Below are positions 32,191 through 41,277 of a stretch of DNA of 64,000 bases, piece by piece. Under the pieces are notes generated by a model, which worked only from the letters and a program-made list of their open reading frames with translations, was not told the origin of the DNA and ran no database searches. Position 1 is the first letter of the stretch. Each line of letters opens with the position of its first letter. The stretch covers positions 9,284 to 73,283 of the forward strand of contig CAYNDV010000004.1 in NCBI GenBank assembly GCA_964396055.1. The letters run 5' to 3'. The DNA is from an uncultured Vicinamibacterales bacterium (GTDB lineage: Bacteria; Acidobacteriota; Vicinamibacteria; Vicinamibacterales; JAKQTR01). The position numbers and the translations under genes were made by a program.

Positions 32191-33921
32191 GTGAACCCGC
32201 AACAGACCCTCGAACGGCTGAAAACCCTGGCGGCCTCGATGACCGTGGCCCAGCGCACGAGCCTCGTCGTGGCGTTCGTGACGGTGGTGGCCCTGGTCAC
32301 CGGGTCGGCCTACCTGCTCAACCACCAGGACTACGTCCTGCTCTACTCGGACATGGATGCCGAGGCCGCCGCCGACGTGGTCGGGCGGCTGAAGGCGGCC
32401 AAGGTGCCGTACGAGCTCGTGGACGGCGGTCGCGCCGTGCGCGTGCCCGAGAACCGCGCCTCCGAGCTGAAGCTCGAGATGGCGTCGCAGGGCCTGCCGA
32501 GCTCCGGCCGGATCGGCTTCGAGATCTTCGACAAGATCTCGTTCGGCGCCACGGAGTTCCTCGAGCAGGTCAACTTCCGCCGGGCCCTCGAGGGCGAGCT
32601 GGCCCGCACGATCGGCACGCTGCAGGAGGTGTCGAGCGCCCGGGTGCACATCGCCGTGGCCCGCACCTCGTTGTTCGAGGCTCGAGAGCAGCCCGCCAAG
32701 GCGTCGGTGGTCCTCAAGCTGCGGGGCAACCGCCCGCTCCCGGCCGCCACGTCGCGCAGCATCACGGCCCTCGTCGCGGCGGCGGTCGAAGGGCTGCGGC
32801 CGGAGTCCGTGGTGATCCTCGACAGCTACGGCCGCTCCCTGGCCAGGCCAGGCGAGGATCAGGACGGGCCCCTCGGCGGGCCGTCGATGGAACGGCAGCT
32901 GGTGCTCGAGCGCGACCTGACGACCAAGCTCGTGAACCTGCTCGAGCCGGTCGTCGGCTCGGGCCGCGTCCGCGTGAACGTGGCCGTCCGCCTGAACGCC
33001 CAGAGCGAAGAGCAGACCGAAGAACGCTGGGACCCCAACGCCGCGGTCATCCGCAGCCGTCAGACCACCAGCGACACGATGCCGCTCGGCGCGGGGGCGG
33101 CCGGGGGCGTGGCCGGCGCGCGCGCCAACCTGCCCGAGGCGACGGCGACGCCGCCCGCCGGGGGCGCGGCCCTGCCGGATGTGCCGAAGCCCGCGACGGC
33201 CGAGGCCGTCCGACTGGCCGGGCGCAGCGCCGAGACCACGAACTACGAGATCAGCCACGTGACCCGGCACACCGTGCGGCCCCACGGCGAGATCGCCCGG
33301 CTGTCGGTGGCCGTCATTCTCGACGATGCGGTGGTGACGGCCAAAGGCCAGGACGGCAACGTGGCGCGGCAGTACAAACCCCGCGAACGCGAGGAACTGC
33401 TGAAGATCCAGAACATCGTTTCGGGCGCGGTCGGCATCGACACGGGCCGCGGCGACCTCCTGACCGTCGAGAACGTGGCGTTCGAGGACCGGCTGCCGCT
33501 CGAAGAAGGCCCCGCCCCGAGCTTCTGGCGCCAGCAACTGGATCAGGTCGGCCAGCCCCACATGGTGGAAGTCGGCCGCGTCGTCGGCATCGTCGTCCTC
33601 GGGCTGCTGGCGTTCCTGTTCGTCGTCCGGCCGATGGTGAAGCGGGCGCTGGCCATCCCGCTCCAGATGCCGGAGCCCATCCCGGCGGCCGCCCAGGCGC
33701 TGCCGGGCGGATCCGGCGGTCCGGCCGAGCTGCCGCCCACAATCGAGGACCTCGAAGGGGCGATTGAAGCGGAGCTGCAGGCGGCCGAAGCGGCCCAGGG
33801 CAGCGACAAGCGTCGCGTGCCCGTGCTGGCGAAGCGGCTGGGCGGCTTGACCATGAAGGAACCCGAAGCGGCGGCCCGGCTCGTCCGGGCGTGGCTCGCG
33901 GAAGACCGCGGCGGCAGGTAG
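32191..33921 (+). CDS. fliF: Flagellar MS-ring protein FliF
   Basis: An N-terminal TM helix is followed by YVLLYSDMDAEAAADVVGRLKAAKVPYELVDGGRAVRVP. A second TM helix lies near the C-terminus. Position is between fliE and fliG. GTG start. Confidence 0.9.
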   Translation: MNPQQTLERLKTLAASMTVAQRTSLVVAFVTVVALVTGSAYLLNHQDYVLLYSDMDAEAAADVVGRLKAAKVPYELVDGGRAVRVPENRASELKLEMASQGLPSSGRIGFEIFDKISFGATEFLEQVNFRRALEGELARTIGTLQEVSSARVHIAVARTSLFEAREQPAKASVVLKLRGNRPLPAATSRSITALVAAAVEGLRPESVVILDSYGRSLARPGEDQDGPLGGPSMERQLVLERDLTTKLVNLLEPVVGSGRVRVNVAVRLNAQSEEQTEERWDPNAAVIRSRQTTSDTMPLGAGAAGGVAGARANLPEATATPPAGGAALPDVPKPATAEAVRLAGRSAETTNYEISHVTRHTVRPHGEIARLSVAVILDDAVVTAKGQDGNVARQYKPREREELLKIQNIVSGAVGIDTGRGDLLTVENVAFEDRLPLEEGPAPSFWRQQLDQVGQPHMVEVGRVVGIVVLGLLAFLFVVRPMVKRALAIPLQMPEPIPAAAQALPGGSGGPAELPPTIEDLEGAIEAELQAAEAAQGSDKRRVPVLAKRLGGLTMKEPEAAARLVRAWLAEDRGGR

Positions 33922-33927
33922 GCGACC

Positions 33928-34935
33928 ATGGCATCGATTGCGACCGGCGTCCGGAAGGCGGCCATCTACAGCATGCTGATCGGCCAGGAGAGCGCCTCCC
34001 TCCTGCTGAAGCAGCTCACGGAGGAAGAGGTCGAGGCCATCGCCAAGGAAGTGGCCACGATCCAGGGCGTGCCGGCGAAGGCCGGCCAGGACGTGCTCGA
34101 GGAATTCCACCAGATGTGGATTGCCGCCGAGCACATCGCCCGGGGCGGCGTGGACACCGCGCGCCAGATCCTGGTGAAGACCTTCGGGCAGGACGAGGCG
34201 AAGAAGCTCATCGACCGCCTGGTGAAGTCGTGCGAATCGACGCTGGTCTTCTCGGTGCTCGACAAGGCCGATCCCCAGCACCTCTCGAAGTTCATCCTCT
34301 CCGAGCACCCGCAGACCATTGCGCTGATCCTGGCGCACCTGAAGCCGGCCCAGGCCGCGCAGCTCGTGGGCCTGCTGCCCGAGCAGCTGCGCGTCAACGT
34401 GCTGACCCGCATGGCGAGCCTCGACGAGATCCCGCTGGATGTCATTGTGCGCATCTCGTCGGTCATCGAGGAGCGCCTGAAGGTGCTCGGCGGGTCGACC
34501 CACGAGTCCTACGGCGGCGTGCGCGCCGTGGCCGAACTGCTGAACCGCATCGATCGCGGCATGAGCCAGACCGTGCTCGGCGCCATCGAAGGGCCGCAGC
34601 CGGAACTCGCGATGGCCATCCGCAACCTGATGTTCGTCTTCGAGGACCTGCTGCACGTCGAGGATCAGTCGATCCGGGAGATCGTCCAGCGGGCGGACAA
34701 GCGGGTCCTGACGCTGGCCCTCAAGGGGTCGTCGGACGAGATCCGGGCGAAGTTCTTCAAGAACATGTCGGCGCGCGCCACCGAGATGATCAAGGAAGAG
34801 ATGGAAGTGCTCGGCGCGGTGCGCCTGAAGGAAGTCGAGAAGGCGCAGCACGACATCGTGTCCATCGCCCGCAAGCTCGAGGAAGAGGGACTGCTGGTGA
34901 CCGGCGCCGCCGGCGGAGAGGCCTATGTCGTCTAG
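33928..34935 (+). CDS. fliG: Flagellar motor switch protein FliG
   Basis: RKAAIYSMLIGQESASLLLKQLTEEEVEAIAKEVA...HPQTIALILAHL...MFVFEDL...ILTLALKG are FliG hallmarks. Confidence 0.93.
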   Translation: MASIATGVRKAAIYSMLIGQESASLLLKQLTEEEVEAIAKEVATIQGVPAKAGQDVLEEFHQMWIAAEHIARGGVDTARQILVKTFGQDEAKKLIDRLVKSCESTLVFSVLDKADPQHLSKFILSEHPQTIALILAHLKPAQAAQLVGLLPEQLRVNVLTRMASLDEIPLDVIVRISSVIEERLKVLGGSTHESYGGVRAVAELLNRIDRGMSQTVLGAIEGPQPELAMAIRNLMFVFEDLLHVEDQSIREIVQRADKRVLTLALKGSSDEIRAKFFKNMSARATEMIKEEMEVLGAVRLKEVEKAQHDIVSIARKLEEEGLLVTGAAGGEAYVV

Positions 34936-35653
34936 AGCGCGCGTCCTGGGGCGCGGCACCCCGGTGTCGGCCTTCGCCTGGGCGGATGCCGCCTTCGTGG
35001 AGCCGCTGCCGGCGGAGGATCTGTTCGCCGTGGCCGGCGCCGGCGCGATGCGGCCTGCGCCGTCGCTGGCGCCCGACGCGCCACCCGCTCCGGAACCGCG
35101 TCCGGAGCCGGCCGAGGACCGCAGCCGGCTGGCGGCGATCGAGCGTGAAGCGTTCGCGACGGCGTACGCGCAGGGCGAGAAGGCGGGCCTGGAAGCCGGC
35201 ACCAAGCGCGCCGACGCGATGCTGCGCCGGCTGTCCGATACGTTGCGCGAGCTCGACGACCTGCGGCGGACGATGATCCGCCAGACCGAGCACCAGATCG
35301 TGCAACTGGCCGTCGAGATGGCGCGGCGCATCCTCCGGCGCGAGGTGCAGACCGACAACGACCTGCTGTGCGCGATGGCCCGCGTGGCCCTCGACCGCCT
35401 CGGCGACAACGCCCCGGCCACCATCCGGCTGAACCCGGAGGACTATCACACCATCGTGGCGCGCCACGGCGGCACCTGGGCCGGCAGCAACGTCACCGTC
35501 GTGGCCGATCCGGCCGTCGGCCGGGGCGGGTGCCTCGTGGAGTCGTCCTTCGGGTTCGTCGATGCGAGCGTCGAGGCCCAGTTCCGGGTCCTCGAGCAGG
35601 CGCTGCTCGCCGAGGAGGGCGCCCCGGCGCCGGCGGGGCACCATGGCGGCTGA
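34925..35653 (+). CDS. fliH: Flagellar export apparatus protein FliH
   Basis: The gene sits between fliG and fliI. EREAFATAYAQGEKAGLEAG...IVQLAVEMARRILRREV...GGCLVESSFGFVDASVEAQF matches the FliH/YscL family pattern. Confidence 0.8.
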   Translation: MSSRARVLGRGTPVSAFAWADAAFVEPLPAEDLFAVAGAGAMRPAPSLAPDAPPAPEPRPEPAEDRSRLAAIEREAFATAYAQGEKAGLEAGTKRADAMLRRLSDTLRELDDLRRTMIRQTEHQIVQLAVEMARRILRREVQTDNDLLCAMARVALDRLGDNAPATIRLNPEDYHTIVARHGGTWAGSNVTVVADPAVGRGGCLVESSFGFVDASVEAQFRVLEQALLAEEGAPAPAGHHGG

Positions 35654-36956
35654 GTTCTCCCTGGCCCGCCAGCGCGACCTGATCCGCCGCACCGAGACCC
35701 TGCCGCTGGCGGGCCGGGTGATGCGCAGCGTCGGGCTGGTCGTCGAGTCGAGCGGCCCCCGCGCGCGCATCGGCGAGATCTGCGAACTGATCCGGGATGG
35801 CGAACGCGGCGGCCTGCCGCTGGAAGTCGTGGGGTTCCGCGACGGCCTCGTGCTCTCGGTGCCCCTCGGCCCGACCTCCGGCATCCGGCCCGGCGACATC
35901 ATCGTCGCGCGCGGCAATACGGCGAGCATTCCCGTCGGCGACGGCCTGCTCGGCCGCGTGATCGACGGCCTCGGCCGGCCCATCGACGGGGCCGGACCGA
36001 TCGCCGCCACCTCCGACTACCCGCTGCACCCGGCACCGCTCAACCCGATGGAACGCGACCCGATCGTGACGCCCATCGGGTCCGGCGTGCGCGCCATCGA
36101 CGGCCTGCTCACGGTGGGCCGCGGCCAGCGCCTCGGGCTGTTCGGCGGCAGCGGCGTGGGCAAGAGCACGCTGCTGGGCATGATGGCCCGGGGCACCGCG
36201 GCGGATGTCACGGTGATCGGCCTGGTCGGCGAGCGCGGCCGCGAGGTGCGGACCTTCCTGGAGCACGACCTGGGGCCCGAGGGGCTGAAGCGCGCCGTGG
36301 TGGTGGTGTCCACGTCGGACAACCCGTCGCTGCTGCGGCTGCGCGCCGCGTACACCGCGACCGCCGTTGCCGAGTACTTCCGCGACCAGGGCCTGCAGGT
36401 GCTGCTGCTGATGGACTCGGTCACGCGCTTCGCCATGGCCCAGCGCGAGATCGGCCTGGCGGCCGGTGAGCCGCCCACGGCCAAGGGGTACCCGCCGTCG
36501 GTGTTCGCCCTGCTCCCGCAGCTGCTCGAGCGCGCCGGCAACGTGCGCGGGCGCGGCGGCATCACCGCGTTCTACACCGTGCTCGTCGAGGGCGACGACC
36601 ACAACGAGCCCGTGGCCGACGCGGTCCGCGCCATCCTCGACGGGCACATCGTCCTGTCGCGGGACCTCGCCTCGGCCAACCACTATCCCGCCATCGACAT
36701 CCTGCAGAGCGTGAGCCGGACGATGCCGGACGTGACGACCGTCGAACACCGCCTGAAGGCCGGGCGCGTGCGCGACTGGATGGCCACCGTGCGCAACGCC
36801 GAGGACCTCGTCAACGTCGGCGCCTACGTCGCGGGCAGCAACCCCCGGATCGACGAGGCGCTGGCCCGACGTGACAGCATCACGTCCTTCCTGCGTCAGG
36901 CGCCCGACAGTCCGTGCAGCCTCGAGCACGCCGTCCAGGATCTGCAGGCCGTCTGA
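35643..36956 (+). CDS. fliI: Flagellum-specific ATPase FliI
   Basis: Trimmed to MAAEFSLARQR (ATG 35643, overlaps the fliH end). Walker A is GGSGVGKSTLLG, Walker B is LLLMDSVTRFA, and HYPAIDILQSVSR is also present. Confidence 0.93.
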   Translation: MAAEFSLARQRDLIRRTETLPLAGRVMRSVGLVVESSGPRARIGEICELIRDGERGGLPLEVVGFRDGLVLSVPLGPTSGIRPGDIIVARGNTASIPVGDGLLGRVIDGLGRPIDGAGPIAATSDYPLHPAPLNPMERDPIVTPIGSGVRAIDGLLTVGRGQRLGLFGGSGVGKSTLLGMMARGTAADVTVIGLVGERGREVRTFLEHDLGPEGLKRAVVVVSTSDNPSLLRLRAAYTATAVAEYFRDQGLQVLLLMDSVTRFAMAQREIGLAAGEPPTAKGYPPSVFALLPQLLERAGNVRGRGGITAFYTVLVEGDDHNEPVADAVRAILDGHIVLSRDLASANHYPAIDILQSVSRTMPDVTTVEHRLKAGRVRDWMATVRNAEDLVNVGAYVAGSNPRIDEALARRDSITSFLRQAPDSPCSLEHAVQDLQAV

Positions 36957-36958
36957 CG

Positions 36959-37423
36959 ATGCGCCCCTTCGTCTTCCGCGCGCAGGCCGCCCTCGATCTC
37001 CGCCAACGCCGCGATGACGACGCCAAACGCGCATTGGCCGAGGCAAATGCCGCCGTCAGCCAGGCCGAAGGGCGCCTGCAGGCCGCCATCGAGGCGCGCG
37101 AGCGGGCGTTTGCCGAGGCGGGCGCGGCCCTCGCCAGCGCGACCTCGGCCCAGAGCGCCGTGTGGTACCGGAATTGGATAACAGGACACCAGCGCGACGT
37201 CGCCGGCCGGCAGGACGACCTGACCCGCCGCCGCGACGACGCCCAGGCCGCCCGCGAGCGCGCCACCCGCACCCACGTGGACCTGCGGGTCCTCGAGCGG
37301 CTGAAGGAACGTGCCCGGCGGACGTACGACGCCGCCGTCCAGCGCGAGGAACAGAAAGCCATCGACTGGCTGGCCGTGCTGCGAAGCATCCCGCACTCAC
37401 GCGGGCAGGAGGAAACGGAATGA
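36959..37423 (+). CDS. fliJ: Flagellar export chaperone/stalk protein FliJ
   Basis: Trimmed to MRPFVFRAQAALDLRQRRDD. It is an all-helical coiled-coil protein of 154 aa, positioned directly after fliI. Confidence 0.7.
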   Translation: MRPFVFRAQAALDLRQRRDDDAKRALAEANAAVSQAEGRLQAAIEARERAFAEAGAALASATSAQSAVWYRNWITGHQRDVAGRQDDLTRRRDDAQAARERATRTHVDLRVLERLKERARRTYDAAVQREEQKAIDWLAVLRSIPHSRGQEETE

Positions 37424-37704
37424 GCATTGAGGCGTTGACGGGAGCCCAGGCCGCGAACGCGGCCACCGGCACCCGCACCGGCTCGCTGTCCGGCATCGCC
37501 GGCAGCCAGCTGGGCCAGGACGCGTTCCTGAAGCTGCTCGTGACGCAGCTGCGTCACCAGGACCCCACCAAGCCGATGGCGGACACCGAGTTCGTCACCC
37601 AGCTCGCCCAGTTCAGCTCGCTCGAGAAGCTCACCACCATCGCCGAATCGACCAGCAACCTGCGCGACCTGTTCCTGTTGCTCGGCAGCTCGTCCAACAA
37701 GTAA
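37420..37704 (+). CDS. flgD: Minimal FlgD (hook-capping protein, N-terminal domain only, 94 aa)
   Basis: GQDAFLKLLVTQLRHQDPTKPMADTEFVTQLAQFSSLEKL is the canonical FlgD N-domain motif. The ATG at 37420 forms an ATGA overlap with the fliJ stop and has a GGAGG SD. The stop TAA lies 15 nt before flgE. Confidence 0.8.
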   Translation: MSIEALTGAQAANAATGTRTGSLSGIAGSQLGQDAFLKLLVTQLRHQDPTKPMADTEFVTQLAQFSSLEKLTTIAESTSNLRDLFLLLGSSSNK

Positions 37705-37719
37705 GAGAGGGAGACTCCC

Positions 37720-39015
37720 ATGGCAGTCGGATCGTTCTCGGCGGGGCTCACCGGCCTCAATGCGTTCTCCGCGTGGCTCAGCGTCATCGGCAACAACCTC
37801 GCCAACCTCAATACCATCGGCTTCAAGGGCAGCACGGTCCAGTTCCAGGACCTCGTGAGCCAGAAGGTCAGCGGCAGCGGCACCAACCCCATGCAGGTCG
37901 GCCTCGGCGTGACGATGGGCGCGATCTCCCCGGTGTTCAGCCAGGGCGCCATCGAGGCGTCACGCGACGCCACGAACGTGGCCATCCAGGGCAACGGCTT
38001 CTTCGTCGTGCGCGACGCGTCGGGCGGGTTGTCCTACACCCGCGCCGGCAACTTCTCCTTCGACTCGAACGGCATGCTCGTCACGCCGGACGGCCTGAAG
38101 GTGCAGGGCTGGAGCACACCCGGCGCCGACGGCAACATCCTGACCAACGGCCCCACGGGCGACATCACCGTGCCGCCGGGCGTGCTGCGCGCCCCCGTGG
38201 CCACCTCCACGTTCCGCACCGTGTCCAACCTCGACGCCGGCGCGGCCGTCAACGACACGTTCGTGACCTCCGTGCAGATGTTCGACTCGCTCGGCACGTC
38301 GCACGTCGTCCAGATCACCTACACGAAGACCGCGGCCAACACCTGGGGCTACAAGATGGAAGTGCCGGGCGCCGACGTCGCCGGCGGCACGCCGGGCACG
38401 CCGTTCGAACTCGCGTCGGGCACGCTCACCTTCGACGCGCAGGGCGCGCTCGCCACCTTCGCCGTGAATCCGCCCGCCACCGGCGGCGGCACCGCGCCGA
38501 ACATCACCGATGTGGGCTTCACGACGCCCGCGTGGACCAGCGGCGCCGGGGCCAGCACCCTGTCGTTCGACCTCGTCGACGCCAACGGCAAGGCGACCCT
38601 GTCCGGGTACGCCGCGCCCTCCGCCACGTCGTCGATCACGCAGAACGGCGGCGCGGCCGGCATGATCGAGAACATCAGCATCGCCGCCGACGGCACGATC
38701 CTCGCCACCTTCGGCGCCGGCCAGACCGTGGCCGTGGGCCAGCTCGCGATGGCGAGCTTCAACAACACCAAGGGCCTCATGAAGCTCGGGTCCAACCGCT
38801 ACGGCGAGAGCCAGTCGGCGGGCCTGCCCAACATCGGCACGGCGGGCACCGGCGGGCGCGGCAGCCTGATCGGCAACGCGATCGAGCAGTCGAACGTGGA
38901 CATCGCCCAGGAGTTCACCTCGATGATCCTGGCCCAGCGCGGGTACCAGGCCAATTCCAAGACCATCACCACGTCCGACGAGATGCTCGTCGAGACGCTG
39001 AACCTCAAGCGGTAA
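37720..39015 (+). CDS. flgE: Flagellar hook protein FlgE
   Basis: MAVGSFSAGLTGLNAFSAWLSVIGNNLANLNTIGFK...EFTSMILAQRGYQANSKTITTSDEMLVETLNLKR shows conserved hook termini. Confidence 0.93.
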   Translation: MAVGSFSAGLTGLNAFSAWLSVIGNNLANLNTIGFKGSTVQFQDLVSQKVSGSGTNPMQVGLGVTMGAISPVFSQGAIEASRDATNVAIQGNGFFVVRDASGGLSYTRAGNFSFDSNGMLVTPDGLKVQGWSTPGADGNILTNGPTGDITVPPGVLRAPVATSTFRTVSNLDAGAAVNDTFVTSVQMFDSLGTSHVVQITYTKTAANTWGYKMEVPGADVAGGTPGTPFELASGTLTFDAQGALATFAVNPPATGGGTAPNITDVGFTTPAWTSGAGASTLSFDLVDANGKATLSGYAAPSATSSITQNGGAAGMIENISIAADGTILATFGAGQTVAVGQLAMASFNNTKGLMKLGSNRYGESQSAGLPNIGTAGTGGRGSLIGNAIEQSNVDIAQEFTSMILAQRGYQANSKTITTSDEMLVETLNLKR

Positions 39016-39051
39016 CGCGCCGCCCGGCCCCGTCGTCACAGGACCTGACCA

Positions 39052-41046
39052 GTGGACGCCGCCCTGTTCCCTCCGTTCGTGACCGCCGCCGGCCAGCCGG
39101 CCGGCGACGGCACCGCGGCCGCCGCCCCGCCCGGGCCGGCCGGCGAGTTGTTCGGGGCGGCGCTCGCCACCGCCCTGGAACGCCCGTCCGCAGCCCCGGC
39201 GGCGCCTGGGGCCACCCCGACCGAGCGGAGCGGCGGAGCCGTCCCGCTTCCGGTGCCCGGACGCCCGGCCGACGATCCGGCGTCAGCACCTGTCCTGTGG
39301 TTTAACCCCGTGGCCTGCGCCCTGGTCTGGCAGCCCGACGCGGCGAGGCCTCCGGCCTCCCTCGACCTGGGCGCCGTCACCAGTCCGTTGGCCGATCCAC
39401 TCGAGGACCAGACCGTCGCCGGAGACGAGCAGACCGAGCCGCCGAGCCCCTTCAGTTGCGCGCACCCCGGTGTGCCCGGAGACCCGACGGCGCTGCCCGG
39501 ATCTGTCGATGTGATTCCCCTCGACACGTCGGGCCGTGAACCAGGCTCGACCGACGAGCCGCCGCCCGACCATGGGGCCGGCGCGCGCGACCGCGAGGAA
39601 GATGCCCCGCCGGCACCGCGGATCGGGCTGCCCGAAACCGCGAGGCCTGATGGCCTTCCGGTCCTGCCTGTCGCAGTGCCCGGCACCATGGGCATCGAGC
39701 CGGTCCGGGTGGACCGACAGCCGGTTCCAGCCGGTGACCCCGCGGCACACCTCGCCGCGCCGGCCGGGTCTGGCGCGTCGAGGCGCGACACAGACTCCGC
39801 CGCGCGAACACCTGCGGCGGGCGACCTGCCGACCTCTGGTGCGTTGGCGGCCGGCGTGGTGCCGGCAACCCAGGGACGCGACCATCTCGGCCCGGCGCAG
39901 GAAGCAGCCGGGCCCGCGTGGGAACCGCAGGGGATCGAGGCGGAGCCCCCCCTGCGGGCGCCTTTGCCGGGGGCCAGGCTCGCCGACGCGCCGGCCCCCC
40001 ATGCCCACGACGTCCGCGCCCGCGAATCCAATGTCGATGTGAACCTACCGACCCGGGAAGCCGAGTCGGGGCGCCGGCCGCTGACCGTCGAAGAACTGGT
40101 CCGCGCGGCCCTGCGCGGAGCCGCGGTCGAGACCGCCCGGCCGGAGCGGATTCCCCTGGGCGCGCCGCTGCCCGCGAATCTGAACGCCACGCTCCAGACC
40201 GATGCCGCCAGGGACCTGTTCGCCTCGGCGACGGCTCTGCGCGAGACCCTGCTCCGGCAGGCCGCCGACCGGCCCGTTCCCGCGGCGGCGGCCGAACCCG
40301 CCGCGTTCGGGACCACCAGGGCCAGGCCGGCGCCCTCGTCCGGACAACAGGCTGACGCGTCCGGGGAGCCGCCAGCGGCCGACCCCCTGCCGGCCAGGCC
40401 CGTGCGCGACGGGGCATGGACCCCGGCAGATAACGAGACCGCGGGTCTCTCTGGCCGGACAGCCGCACCCTCCACCGGCCAGGACGGCGGGGCGCGGTCG
40501 GGCTCCGGTGAGCCTCAGCCACGGCCGAGGCCGCAGACGCACACGTCGGTATCAGCCGACGCGGCCGTGTATGCCGCCGGGACCCGGATGAGCGGCGCGG
40601 AACTGGCCAGCCGTGTGAGCGAACTGGCCCAGCGCCCGGCGGTGGCAACCCCGGCGCCCCCACCGCAGGAACCGACGGCCAACGGCGAACCCCTGAGCCA
40701 CGCGGTGGTCCGGTCGCTCAAGTTCCAGTGGGCGCAGGGCGGGGGCGAGGCCCGGCTGCAGTTGCGGCCGGAGTACCTCGGGGACCTGAGCGTGTCCCTG
40801 CGCGTGAGCGGCGCGTCGGTGACGGCGATTCTGTCGGCCGAGTCAGCCTCCGTCCGCGCGTGGATCGACACGCACCAGTCCGACCTCCGCCGTGCCCTCG
40901 AAGCCCAGGGCCTGAGCCTGGACAGCCTCATCATCGACCCTGACGGCCACCCGCAGGAACGCCAGGAGTCGCCCGGCCGGCAGGAGCACCGCGCACCCCA
41001 CCGCCGCCGCCACCCCGACGCCGGCCGGTTCGAGGCGCTGCTGTAA
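39052..41046 (+). CDS. fliK: Flagellar hook-length control protein FliK
   Basis: A long P/A-rich ruler region is followed by a C-terminal Flg_hook-like domain: EARLQLRPEYLGDLSVSLRVSGASVTAILSAESASVRAWIDTHQSDLRRALEAQGLSLDSLII. Position is after flgE. Confidence 0.8.
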   Translation: MDAALFPPFVTAAGQPAGDGTAAAAPPGPAGELFGAALATALERPSAAPAAPGATPTERSGGAVPLPVPGRPADDPASAPVLWFNPVACALVWQPDAARPPASLDLGAVTSPLADPLEDQTVAGDEQTEPPSPFSCAHPGVPGDPTALPGSVDVIPLDTSGREPGSTDEPPPDHGAGARDREEDAPPAPRIGLPETARPDGLPVLPVAVPGTMGIEPVRVDRQPVPAGDPAAHLAAPAGSGASRRDTDSAARTPAAGDLPTSGALAAGVVPATQGRDHLGPAQEAAGPAWEPQGIEAEPPLRAPLPGARLADAPAPHAHDVRARESNVDVNLPTREAESGRRPLTVEELVRAALRGAAVETARPERIPLGAPLPANLNATLQTDAARDLFASATALRETLLRQAADRPVPAAAAEPAAFGTTRARPAPSSGQQADASGEPPAADPLPARPVRDGAWTPADNETAGLSGRTAAPSTGQDGGARSGSGEPQPRPRPQTHTSVSADAAVYAAGTRMSGAELASRVSELAQRPAVATPAPPPQEPTANGEPLSHAVVRSLKFQWAQGGGEARLQLRPEYLGDLSVSLRVSGASVTAILSAESASVRAWIDTHQSDLRRALEAQGLSLDSLIIDPDGHPQERQESPGRQEHRAPHRRRHPDAGRFEALL

Positions 41047-41110
41047 ATCAACCCCGGGTTGATTTATGCACTGGAGATGCAGGGTGCATAAATCAACCCG
41101 GGATTGGTAC
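41044..41110. repeat. Pair of AT-rich ~29-bp palindromic units (locus B) that together form a 67-nt super-palindrome; the same unit as at 18055-18118
   Basis: B1 is TAAATCAACCC-C-GGGTTGATTTA, a perfect 11+1+11 dyad that contains the fliK TAA stop, followed by TGCAC. The spacer is TGGAGATGCAGG. B2 is GTGCATAAATCAACCCGGGATTGGTA. GATTTATGCAC and GTGCATAAATC are exact reverse complements of each other. Confidence 0.85.
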
Positions 41111-41210
41111 GTGTCGGTCTACCGTCACCTGGTCCGGCCCGGCGGCCGGCCCAGGGTCGGCTTCCATTCCTGAAGATCCATCCAGTCAGCTACTTGCAGC
41201 CTGGCGTGGG

Positions 41211-41226
41211 CGGCATCCTCCTTGCC
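41211..41226 (+). promoter_or_regulatory. Candidate sigma54 (-24/-12) promoter of the fliL...fliN operon
   Basis: CGGCAT-CCTCC-TTGCC, with GG at 41212-41213 and GC at 41224-41225 (GG-N10-GC). It is ~50 nt upstream of the fliL ATG and ~112 bp downstream of the centre of palindrome B2. Confidence 0.55.
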
Positions 41227-41277
41227 TAACACCCTTGCGGACGCACATGACGTGCGCCCCGAGGGTGATTCCGAAAC

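Noticed and set aside
31633-35424. A 1263-aa minus-strand ORF. Similar giants occur at 7776..11531(+), 3141..5105(-), 58675..60159(-), 43028..44881(-) and 24627..26543(-).
   Set aside because: They are antisense to fliE-fliF-fliG-fliH, to the rSAM and fusion genes, to maf, flgK, fliQ/fliR/flhB and to the GGDEF-EAL gene, all of which have unmistakable family motifs. The translations are arginine/glycine/proline runs.
39052-40600. The P/A/G-rich first ~500 codons of the fliK ORF, considered as non-coding or a spurious frame.
   Set aside because: The frame ends in a clear Flg_hook-type C-terminal domain and sits in the conserved flgE-fliK position. Proline-rich ruler regions are normal for FliK. 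The frame is kept as one CDS, with only the exact start uncertain.
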